Shown here one piece after another: positions 12,000 through 23,587 of a stretch of DNA of 64,000 nt. The stretch is from Dipteris shenzhenensis (lineage: Eukaryota), in NCBI GenBank assembly GCA_047967505.1, contig CM106538.1; one strand, 5' to 3'. A program made the translations under genes and the position numbers. Every line of letters begins with the position of its first letter. Positions within the stretch are counted from its first letter, which is position 1. The notes beneath the pieces are model-generated. The model saw only the letters and a list, made by a program, of their open reading frames with translations. It did not search any database and was not told the origin of the DNA.

Positions 12000-14582
12000 T
12001 CCTCCACATGCTTTCCACACACTTTGCATGTGGCTTCTCTTATATTATTGGAACACATGGACATGAGCCCACCTCTTTATATGACTGACTCTTCCTATTT
12101 TCTAAGAACCCCATAATATCCCATATACAAATAACTCTCACCCCATACCAAGGTATTTATAATTCATATCTATAATATTTATAATGATCCATTCCACTCA
12201 TCCTCTCAATTCCATACAATATCTTAGAAAATAGAAATAAGTGAGAGCCGCTAGGCTATCACTTGATACTCAAACTCTTATCAAACATAGAAGAAAACAA
12301 TACCAATGCCAAATAAAAAATATCAATTTTTGGCGTCACATCTTTCCCCCCCTAGCAGATCCTCTCTAGTGACAGAGAGCATCTGCTAGCCCTTAAGGTG
12401 GTTGAGCATAGAAGAATTTAAGGCAATACTCATTGGTGCATTCAGGTATCACCATGCCATCAACATCCTCAAGCTGATAGATTCCATTCATGAACTTCTT
12501 TTTGACTCGATATGGTCCCTCCCATCAACCGATAAACTTTTTGTCTAGCCGCTTGTCCAGACGGCTATCAAATCTCATGACCAAATCTCCTCCTACAATA
12601 TCTTTCTTCTTCCATAATTTCGTGTCAAAACGGGCCTTGTGTCTTTTGTGAGAAGCTTCCAAGTTTTGTAAGGCCTATAATCTACATTCATCCAAGGCTT
12701 CTAGCTGTACCAAGCATTGAGCATAGGCATCCTCCTATCTTTCTTACTTGCAACAGTAGTACGAAGACTATGTATCTCCAATTCAATGGGTAAAATGGCT
12801 TCTATTCCATACACTAGTTGGAATGGTGTAAACCCAATAGCTAGCTTGTGTGTGGTTCTGTAAGCCCATAAAACTTCTTCCAAGTGCCTATCCCAATGCA
12901 TTTTGTTGGTGTCTACAAGCTTTCCCATTGAATTGCACAACAATCTATTTGTTTTCTCTGCCAAGCCATTACATTGGGGATAGTATGGCATGGACATGCT
13001 ATGATTTATCTTTAGCTTATGCACCACATCTTCAATTAATTCATTTCTAAAAGAGGTTCCTCCATCAGTGAGAATTTTCAAAGGACAACCAAAGCATGTG
13101 CAAATTTGATCAAAGAGAAATTTTGCAACTGTCCTTGCCTTGCTATTGACTATGGCCTTGGCCTCTGCCCATCGAGTTGAATAATCTGTGGCCACCAATA
13201 AATAATGCTTGCCCTGAGATGAGCAAGGGAGTGGTCCCACAAAGCCTAACCCCCACCTCTCAAATGGTCCATATGCTGGAATAGGCTTCATACTCCTCCA
13301 CATGCCTTCCACACGCTTGGCATGTGATCTCTCTTATATTATTGGAACACATGGACATGAGCCCACCTCTTTATATGACTCACTCTTCCTATTTTCTAAA
13401 ATCCCCACAATATCCCATACACAAATAACTCTCACCCCATACCAAGGTATTTATCATTCATACACATGGTATTTACAATGATCCATTCACTCATCCTCTC
13501 AATCCCATACAATATCTAAAATAGAAATAAGTGAGGGCTGCTAGGCTATCACTTGATACTCAAACTCTTTTCAAACATAGAAGAAAACAATAGCAATGCC
13601 AAATAAACAATGTCAATTTTTGGCATCACATCTTTTTCCCCCTAGCAGATCCTCTCTAATGACAGAGAGGGTGTGCTAGTCCTCAAGGTGGTCGAGCATA
13701 GAAGAATGTAAGGCGATACTCATTGGTGCATCCGGGTATCACCATGCCATCAATATCCTCAAGCTGATAGGTTCCATTCGTGAACTTCTTTTTGACTCAA
13801 TATGTTCCCTCCCATCGGCCGATAAACTTTTTCTCTAGCCACTTGTCTAGACGGCTATCAAATCTCATGACCAAATCTCCTTTGCAATATATTTCTTCTT
13901 GCGTAATTTGGTGTCAAAATGGGCCTTGCGCCTTTTTTGAGAAGCTTCCAAGTTTTGTAATGCCTGTGATCTGCATTCATCTAAGGCTTCTAGTTGTACC
14001 AAGCATTGAGCATAGGCATCCTCCTATCCTTCTATTCTTGCAACAACAGTGCGAAGACTATGTATCTCCAATTCAATTGGCAAAATGGCTTCTATTCCAT
14101 ACACTAGTTGGAATGGTGTAAACCCAATAACTATGGCTTATGTGTGGTTCTGTAAGCCCATAAAACTTCTACCAAGTGCCTATCCCAATGTCTTTTCTTG
14201 GTGTCTACACGCTTTCCCATTGAATTGCACAACAATACATTTGTTTTCTCAGCCAAGCCATTACATTGGGGATAGTATGGCGTGGACATGCTATGATTTA
14301 TATTTAGCTTATGCACCACATCTTCAATTAGTTCATTTCTAAAAGAGGTTCCTCCATCAGTGAGAATTTCCAAAGGACAACCAAAGCATGAACAAATTTC
14401 ATCAAAGAGAAATTTTGCAATTGTGCTTGCCTTGCTATTGGCTGTGGCCATAGCCTCTGCCCATCGAGTCACATAATCTGTGGCCACCAATAAATAATGC
14501 TTGCCCTGAGATGAGCAAGGGAGTGGTCTCACAAAGTCCAACCCCCACCTCTCAAATGGTCCATATGCTGGGATAGGCTTCA
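12000..14582. repeat. ~1.29-kb tandem duplication covering integrase, PPT and the first ~340 bp of the LTR
   Basis: tatattattggaacacatgg at 12041 and 13335. LTR start at 12340 and 13630. caaatggtccatatgctgg at 13261 and 14553. Confidence 0.93.
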
Positions 14583-14909
14583 AGGGCCCAGGAATGAACT
14601 GTCACCTTCCAAACTTTTGGCATACCTTACAACTTCGACACCATTCATATACATCCTTATGGAGGCATGCCAAAAGTAACCTACATTAAGAATTCTCCTA
14701 GCTGTGCTCGCTGAAGCAAAATGAACGGAGCATTCATGAAACATTTCTAGGAGTCTCCTAGTCTCCATGGGATGGACCACCCGACAGAGCACCTTGTCTT
14801 TTCCCAATTTATAAAGAATGTCATCAACAATAGTATAGGGACAAGCGTTCCTTACCAATCTATGCTTCTGTTGTGGAGTTAACCGTCGAGGAAACATGCC
14901 TTCTTCCAC
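12400..14909 (-). pseudogene. Gypsy integrase, present as two tandem copies of the core and C-terminus
   Basis: ORFs 12701-13312 and 14131-14583 are near-identical integrase cores. ORF 14580-14909 is the H-H-C-C N-terminal part. Confidence 0.9.
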
Positions 14910-15841
14910 ATATTGTTGAACATCTTGCAGTTCTGGCCATTAAGTGTCTACTAAAGAAACCACCCCCCAGTCTTGTACTACAATGGCTTGAGTAGCTAAC
15001 TCATCTACCCTTTGATTTTCTTTTCTGTTTATATGAACAGACTTGCAAGAATCAAATTGACTACATAGTACCATAGCCTTTTGATTAAGCTCCTTTAAAT
15101 GAGGACTTCTTGCCTTGTAATGCCCTTGCCTCTGCTTTATAATAAGTTGAGAATCGCCTCTTACTTCCAATTCTTTAACTTGACTTTAAAGACAACTCTC
15201 AAAACCAGGAATCAAAGCATTATACTTAGCTGCATTGTTAGTTGTGATACCCTGAAGCTCTTGTCCTCTTGCCCACACCTCTTGACCATTAAAATTCATC
15301 AAGGCTATCCCCTCGGCTCCTTGTCGGCGTGAAGCACTAAAAGCCCCATCAAAATACAAGACAAAAGCTGTTGATGGTGTCTCCCTTTCATCATTAATGT
15401 CCTCCTTATATTTCTTTTCTTCTCTTAGATCCTGCCGTCCTCTGAGCAAATCTACCATAGTGGACCTAGTGGTATTTTTAGTGGCAAAAGAGAAAGAGAA
15501 CTCTTGAAGCTCTGACAACCATTTTGCAAATCTCCCCCTAGGATTAGGCTTGCGAAGTAGATATGCTAATACAGACTTGGAGGCCATGAGTAAGGGCCCA
15601 ATATTGAAGTCCCCTGATTGGTCTCAAGACTTTTATGTAAATCCAAGTGTATCTTTGCATTCAGTAGGTGCTGTATTGCTACAAAAAGGAGAGGCAGGTA
15701 GAATGCAACCCATCTATTATGCCAGTCGATAGCTTATAGAGGTGGAAACAAGGTATGAAGAAATGGAGCAAGAAGCCCTCTCTTTGATGTTTTCAGTCCT
15801 AAAGTTTCGCTTCTATTTATTACCTCGGCCATTTTTCTTCT

Positions 15842-16876
15842 TTACCTCTCAAGTTGCTGAAAAGACTCTTGTTGCTCCACACCCCATTGGAAAGAAACTC
15901 CTTTTCTTGTCAACAAGTTCGTGGGATGCACTATCTCTGTGAAATCATCACAAAAGCGTTGATAATACTTGCTTTTTCCTAGAATTCTGCAAATACTAGT
16001 GACACTCTCAGGAATTGGCAACGCCATGATTGCTTGAACCTTGTCAGGATCCATTTTCAGGCCTTCTTCAGACACAATATGTCCCAACAATACTACTTTT
16101 GTTTGAGCCAAATGACACTTGCTAGGACTTAGACACCCTTTTGCTTCATTAATCCTAGCTAAGGCCATCTTTAACTTCTCCATGTGATCTATGCATCAAG
16201 AATAAATGCAAGTATCATCCAAAAACACCCTTATGAACTTTCCCAAGTAAGGCTCGAGCACTTGACTCATGAACATTTGAAATGTAGCTGGTGCATTGGT
16301 CAACCCAAAAGGCATCACTCTATAAGCAAAAACTCCCCAAGGTGTAACAAATGATGTTTCCTTTTGATCTTCCTCCCGAATACAAATTTGAATGTATCCA
16401 GAATACCCATCACATACAGAATAAATCTCATGCCCTGCTACTTGGTCTAGTATTTCATCTTGGAATGCCAAAGGAAAATGATCCCTCTTAGTACATGCAT
16501 TCAAAGGACGAAAGTCCACACAAACCCGCCACTTATTTCCTTTCTTTGGTGTGACAACTACAAGAGATATCAATTTTGAATCATCAACAGGAAAGATGAA
16601 TCCCGCCTCAAGTAGTTGTGTTACCTCTTTCTTTAGTGCCTCAGCTTGGATCACCCCCAATCGCCTTAAGCGTTGCACAACTAGCTTGCTTTCTGGCTTC
16701 AACTCAATCTTATGGTCCACAAGAGAGACTGGTTGAACCTGTGAATAGCTTGTTGCAAAGAGACATGGAAAATCATCTAACATATCCAAGTACTGGAGCT
16801 TCTCACTACCTGATAGAGAATCACCAAGAAGCTCTTCATTACGTTGGCGCCGTTTAGTGTGCTCCATAACCTCCAC
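15842..16876 (-). pseudogene. Gypsy reverse transcriptase
   Basis: ORFs 16196-16876 and 15842-16183 contain canonical Gypsy RT motifs (KWRVCVDFRPLN, DGYSGY, MPFGLTNAPATFQ, LLGHIVS). Confidence 0.92.
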
Positions 16877-19800
16877 ATGAAGTGTCTCTACAGGATCTTC
16901 TTATACAACCACCTTGTTCCCTCTTGACTCATCTCAATCAACACCAAGACAAAGATCAAAGGCCACTCCTTCCACCTCACCCTTTGAGTTGGACTCCTCA
17001 GAGCTACACCCTGTCTCTTCTTCTTCATCGATTAAAGTCAGAGCTCGAACTCTCTGATGTCGAAGACTCCTCCTTGACAACTTCCTTTTTGCGACTTCTG
17101 ATGTTGTAATGCACCTTCTTATCATTTCCTTGCAAAATCAGTTCTCCAGTATCCCACTTTTGAACAACCTTCACCTTGCATAGCCAAGGCCTTCCCAAAG
17201 TCAATGGATAGGCATGTGCATCTGGCTTGGTAGGGATCACTTGAAAAGTAGTCAGCATAGAAATTCTCAACACAAAAATTTCACATACATCCACTTCTAT
17301 ATTCTTCACAACTCCCAAGGTCTTCACATATGCTTTATGGATCAAAGGGACGGTGATGTTGCATATGTCATCTCTTTCACCCATTCGCACAAGGATATCT
17401 TCTATGTCTTTCATAGGTGGAGGGGGATTTGCTAATTCAATCCATCCTTTGAAACTCTCCCAAAGATTGGGAAAATTCCAAAAAGGGATTCCAAAGGGAA
17501 TGGAAACAGGGAAGCTTAGAATGCTAGAGAGGGTGGAACCTTCAAGTTGACATGGCGAAACATTATGTTGTGGATCTTGTTGCTGGAACAAAGGCTTGAT
17601 TACAATGTCCATACTTGGTGGGGACAAGTCATGAATTGGATCTTGTGCTTGGTTAGCCTCGAGTTGAGCTTGTTCTTTTTCCACCCATTGTTGAAGTGCT
17701 TGAAATCGATCCTTCTCCATTTCTGCATTAGGGTATGGATCTTCTTTTATTTTAGGATCTAGAGCTGATGTTAATGTACTTGGCTTCTCATTGCTTAGTG
17801 GAGGTATAGGCACTTGTGCTTTCTTTTGGAGAGGTCTACTTGATTGAATTGGAATAGTAGGCCACTTGGTTGCCTTTTTTGGTTGGCATGTAATTACATA
17901 TGCATGTTGTGATAATATGCTTGTAGGCCCTAGACTTTGATAGTCTACCCCAATAGTGCCGATTGGGATGTCAGGCTTAGCCTCATTTTGTTGTGGGACC
18001 TTGGTTTTCATGGGACAATTCATACAAGCGTGGTCAATGCCACAATCTCAATAGAGTGGTTGGAAAGTAGCGGGGCTACCCGATGAGGGCATTTTGCAAT
18101 CTAATGATTCCTTCCACAACTGTAGCACTTGATTGGAGCTCGATATGTGTTTGGTTGAACTTGATTTGCATAGACAGGGATTAGACCTTCTACTCATCCC
18201 ACATAGTACACTGTAAACTCAACTTCATAATTGAATTGTGAATCCACTTCCTCAGCTTAAAGTTGTTGTATTGGAACTACCGAACAAGTTGGATTTTGTG
18301 CTCTTGGATATTGTTGCAGATTTGGATTTTTGAATAATTATGGGGCTTGGGTTCGGACTGGAATAGGATTTAGCCTCAAAGTTGGTGGTGCTTCAGTGGC
18401 TATTGGCTACATGTACACTAGGATGGGTGCTGTATGGGATTGTTGAGGTCGCGGGGTGGAGTGTTGCGCATGTTAAAGATGCAACTATTTTCATCATGCC
18501 CACCGACTTCGTAGATGTAGCACCACAAGCTTGGTGGCGGATTGGCTTGTGATTGATCCTGACTCTTAGAACGGGACATTCATTTGTATATGATTGCCAT
18601 GTAATGTGGACACCTGACATTTTCTCACCTTGGATCAGTTAGAGGTGGCGGCTAAGACATGTGAAGCTTTTGTCTCATGGCGTGTATCATTTCTTCTCTT
18701 AGCTTCTGGTCATGGCCTCTAGGCAATCTTCATACTTGGATTTGCCATTTTTAGAGCACTTATCTTGTGCACTTGCTCTTCCATCATCACTACTAGTGTC
18801 AGAATCTATCATTCCATCCTCTATGTCAATTGCTGCCACATGAGCAGCACTGAATGTATCATAGCTGCTAATCTTTTTCATGTCCTTCTAGATCTTCTTC
18901 CTTAGTCCTGCAATGAACCAGATTACCAGGTACCTATTAAGTACTTATCGTTGGGGCATGGGTCACACTTTACAATTAGGCACTTCATTTTGCCTAGGTA
19001 TGTGCATACATCCTCCCTACGACCTTGTACGAGCTTGCTCAGTTGGAGAGTGGGATTATCTTGAACTCTTTTCGTTTGAAACCGCTTCTTGAACTCGGTT
19101 TGTAGTAAATCCCATGTGGCTTGTTCTTTGACTAGGAGGTTCATGTATCATTTAGAGGCTTCATCAATTATTGTGTCGGCCATAATTGTTGTGATTGTTA
19201 AATAAATTGTTCCCATTTGCTTCTAGGTCAATGTCACCATCATTGCAAGCGCCGACAATCTGCCATGTTGTGACTGTGAGGAATCAAATGGATTTGATGG
19301 ATTGCAAGGGGGGAATTCAAGGCAGAGGGTGGTTGGAGACATTGGCCAAAGCGTAGTTGCATGCAGAATTTAGGTCGATTGGGTAAGTCCTCCTCAAGTC
19401 CGCATGATGTGTGTGTTAGGGGGGTTAGAGATGCATTAGTGTATTAGGGACCATTGTGCTTTAAGTGTGCCTAGGATTGTCCCCCTTGAGTGCGAGAATG
19501 TGCCAGTGCAGATGCATCGTCAATCAGAGGTCACAGGTAATTTATGAGCAAATTAGTGTGAAAATTAGCCCACGTGGGGGCACAAATTAACGAGTACTAG
19601 GGATGCCAAAATGGTGTATAATAGTCAAGAAAATTTATTTCTAGCATGCTATTTTTGTGTGTGAAACCGTGGTTGAAACCGGGTTGAATTTGGTTGTCAA
19701 ATGAGTGAGTTATGGTCTATTAAAGTTATGGTGAAAAATAGGTTTTTGAGGGGTTCTTAAACTTTAAGTCTAGGTGTGAATGGATCCTAGACTTAAAGAA

Positions 19801-21878
19801 ACTAAACTAGGTTTAGTGATCTAACTAAGTAGTTAGGCAAACTATTCGATTAACCTAACTATCCTAACTATCTAGTTAGTCTAATTGATTAGTTAGTTTA
19901 ACTCAACCTAACACCGGTTAATGTAATTTAATTATGGTTAAACTAATTGAGCTCAAGAAGCAACTAAATGAGCTCTTGGAGGTTGATTTTATCTGACCCT
20001 CACGTTTTCCTTATGGTTTTCCTTATGGTGCACTGGTTCTCTTTGTCAAGAAGAAAGAAGGCACGTTATGCATATGTGTTGATTATAGGGCGTTGAGCAA
20101 GATTACGATCAAGAATCGGTACCCCCTACCCAACATATGGGATCTCTTTGACCAGTTAGCGCATGCTAGATACTTTACCAAAATGGATTTGCACTCTGGG
20201 TACTGGCAAATCAAAATTGTTGGTGCAGACGTAGAGAAAATGGCCACGTGCACGTGTTATGGCTCCTATGATTGGCTAGTTCTCTCCTTTGGATTAGCAT
20301 CGTTTTCTACTCTAATGACCTCCATATTTCAAAGTACCTAGATGAATTTGTGGTCGTTTATCTAGATGACATTTTGATCTTCATTCAAACCTATGGGGAC
20401 CATTTGGTGCATTTGCACACCGTGTTGCAAAAGCTAAGGGAGAACAAGCCTTACCTCAGGGAGAGCAAGTGTATGTTTGCAAGACAAGAGGTTTACTTCC
20501 TTGGATTCAAGGTATCTAATGGTAAACTCATGATGGATGAATCCAAGATCCAAGCTATCATGGAGTGGCCCACTCCTTGCACTGTCCATGAGGTAAGTTC
20601 TTTCAATGGACTAGCTAGCTTTTATCGGATCTTCATAGATGATTATTCTGGCATAGCATACCGTTAATGGATCTGACGAAGAAAGCATATAAATGGAATT
20701 GGACAGCTCGATTTCGATAAACCATTGGAGGTACACAGTGACGCTTCAGACTATGCCAGCTTCTAGGAGATGATTGCGCTGGTTCATTGCATAAGGGTCT
20801 GGAAGCACGACCTCATGGGGCAGCACTTTGAGGTCTACACGAACAACATGACTATGATTTACTTCATCACGCAACCAAATCTTACTCCAAAGCAAGCTTG
20901 TTAGCAAGACTTTCTAGCCAACTTCAATTTCGACATCAAGTATAAATCGGGTAAAGAGAACATCGTGGACAACGTGCTCAGTCAGACGCAATGCCTTTTT
21001 GTTGCGCAAATGTTGAGTAACATACACCTCCTTGAGCAAGTCAAGGAGGGCTATGCCGATGACGAGTTTGCCAACGGTATCTTTGAGAAGACCATAGACT
21101 ACACCGTTATGAGGCATGTCACCATGTATAAGGGGATCATCTACTATAAGTAGCGACGCGTTTACATGCCGGCTGCCGAGGGACTACATAGAGCCATCTT
21201 GCATGAACATCACGAAACACTGTGGGCTAAGCACCCAAGCCAAGATCGCACACTAATGCGATCGTTTTACTGGCTGCGCATGGAACGTGATGTGGATGCT
21301 TATGTTAACACTTGCTTTGTGTGTCAATAGGATAAGCTTGACAGGAAACTGGCAGCGGGGTTGCTCAAACCTCTGCAGATTCTAGAACGGTCATGGGAGT
21401 TCATCTCCATGGATTTCATAATGTGTTTGCCTACGTCTAATGGATCAACGAGACAGGCTGATCAAGTATGCTCATTTCATCGCGACCAGGACACCATGTG
21501 AAGCTGTACCGGGAACTTTTGGAATTGTTTGATTGCACTAACAGGAACACCTCTTATGTTCAGTTCGTCATACCGACATGAAGATGGAACGTATCAACCA
21601 AATCCTAGAGGACTACATATGGCACTATGTTCAGTTGGATCAAAAGGATTGGTCCAAGTATCTTGATATTGCCGAGTACTCATATAATTTACAAAAGCAT
21701 TCTTCCATAGGTTTCTCACCCTTTGAATTGGCATGTGGCTTTCAGCCCTACAGTCCGAGAGACATGGCATTGCAACTGCCTGCACCATCGCCGATAAGTG
21801 CGATGTACCTTGAAGGCTGGACTGTTGGGTTGTGGGCTATGAAGACAAAGCATGAGAAAGCACGGAAGAGGTACAAGA

Positions 21879-23587
21879 TATTGAAACCAGAACATTAATA
21901 AGTGTCGCATTTGTTAGCGACTGTGTTAGTGTAGAACAAAGTTACGTTAGTACCATTTAGAAGAGAGATGTGAATCGTTGTGAGAGACATGCAATTCCGT
22001 TGTAACATCCACCAGCTGGAAGTTACGCCAAGCATATATGTATGCACGATCTCAATGGAACATACACAATTGATTTGTCTCTCAGTCGTCTGTCTTCATT
22101 TCTTCTGAGTTCTTTCGCTTAAGTTTGATTTAGTGGTTCATAATCGAACATGGTATCAGAGCCCTAGTTCCGTCCTGAGTCTGACGCCCGCTAAGACTAA
22201 GTTATGCTCCAATTTGACGATGGAGGGTGAAGATTGAGGATGACCAGTGCTGATCGTTTAAGATTTTAGTGAAGGGATTTTCCAACGATAGTGAAAGGAG
22301 ATGATCTTTAACAACCAAGACGCCAGCGAATGAAGTAAAGACTGAAATGTGTTGTGCTCTCAGCAATCTAGATGGAGCCCTCCATTCTACGTCTGATCGA
22401 TAGGTTCGATGGCCAGAATTACCACACTTGGAAGATTCGCATGATTGCAATTCGCAAAGGGAAAGAGGTTCGGAAGATCGTGAATGGAGACGAACTAAAG
22501 CCACCAAAAGAGGAGGCGGATGAATTGAAAGAGTGGGAGCGTCAAGATGCAAAGGCGCGACAAGAAATCTATCGTTATCTTGTCAACGACCAATTACTTC
22601 ACGTCAACAACGCCAAAACATCGAAGGAAGTGTGGGATACACTTGCAGCCCTCTACGAAACAAAGTCAATCGCCAACAAAGCTTATCTCAGGCGTCAATT
22701 GATCAACATGGAAATGGGCCGATTGCGAGTCATCTCCTGAAGTTCAAAGCCTGCATTAACCAACTAGCCTCAATCGGAACGACCATTTCGGAAGATGAGG
22801 TTTATATAATGTTTTTGAATACCTTGCCCGAATCTTACGACCACTTGAGCGTAATGCTCAGTGCAGTGACAGAGGAAATGAAATTCAAGGAGCTCACAGC
22901 TATTCTCCTTCAAGAGGAAATTCGTCAAAAGCAGCGCCAAAAGAACAAGGCCCAGCTGCACCAACTGCCCTCTATGCAGCCGAAAGTAAGTTCAAGAAGA
23001 AAGGAAAATACAGCGGAGAATCTAGCGCATGGAGTGGATGTGTTTCCAATCAAGTCGACATGAGCAAAAGGGCGTGTTTTTATTGTGGAAAGCCACGTCA
23101 CTTTGCAAGAAACTGCAGGAAGAAGCTCAAAGACCTGAAGAATGGAAGAAATGAAGCAAACACAGCTTCAATCAAGATCGAAAAGGTGCACCTATTCTGA
23201 GTTGCAAAACGTCAGCCTGACTCGATAGATCGAAAGTTAGATGGAAGGACGGACAGGTAGTTGGATGGTTGGAAGGTGTGGAAAAGGTTGTCAATGCTCC
23301 ATTTATGGGGGAGTATTGAAACCAGAACATTAATAAGTGTCGCATTTGTTAGCGACTGTGTTAGTGTAGAATAAAGTTACGTTAGTAGCATTTAGAAGAG
23401 AGATGTGAATCGTTGTGAGAGACATGCAATTCAGTTGTAACATCCACCGGTTGGAAGTTACGCCAAGCATATTTGTATGCACGATCTCAATGGAACATAC
23501 ACAATTGATTTGTCTCTCTCAGTCGTCTATCTTCATTTCTTCTGAGTTCTTTCGCTTAAGTTTGATTTAGTGGTTCATAATCGAACA
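21879..23587 (+). mobile_element. Non-autonomous gag-only Copia-derived LTR element (TR-GAG-like)
   Basis: LTRs at 21879-22150 and 23314-23587 differ by about 7 substitutions plus one 2-bp indel (hand count). PBS TGGTATCAGAGC at 22151, PPT atgggggag before the 3' LTR, perfect TSD CAAGA (21874-21878 and 23588-23592). The interior is only gag with a CFYCGKPRHFARNC knuckle. Confidence 0.95.
22372..23200 (+). pseudogene. Copia-type Gag, frameshifted
   Basis: FDGQNYHTWKIRM, AKTSKEVWDTL, LPESYD and a CCHC zinc knuckle at ~23075-23120. Split over three frames. Confidence 0.88.

Larger units (their letters stand above)
9900..19950 (-). mobile_element. Ty3/Gypsy retrotransposon of Tat type (gag-PR-RT-RH-aRH-INT), degenerate and rearranged; outer ends approximate
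   Basis: Minus-strand ORFs: gag (18923-19144), protease (YPLTLGRPWL), RT (WRVCVDFRPLN, MPFGLTNAPATF, FLDD), a second RNase H (LYFDGA...TNNAAKY), and integrase (GPFERWGLDF, YYPQCNGLAE). The [16 protein letters not shown] abuts an LTR starting TGTGACGCC at 12340 and reading leftwards. PBS-like TGTGCCCCCACGTGGGC at ~19568-19584. Confidence 0.85.
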
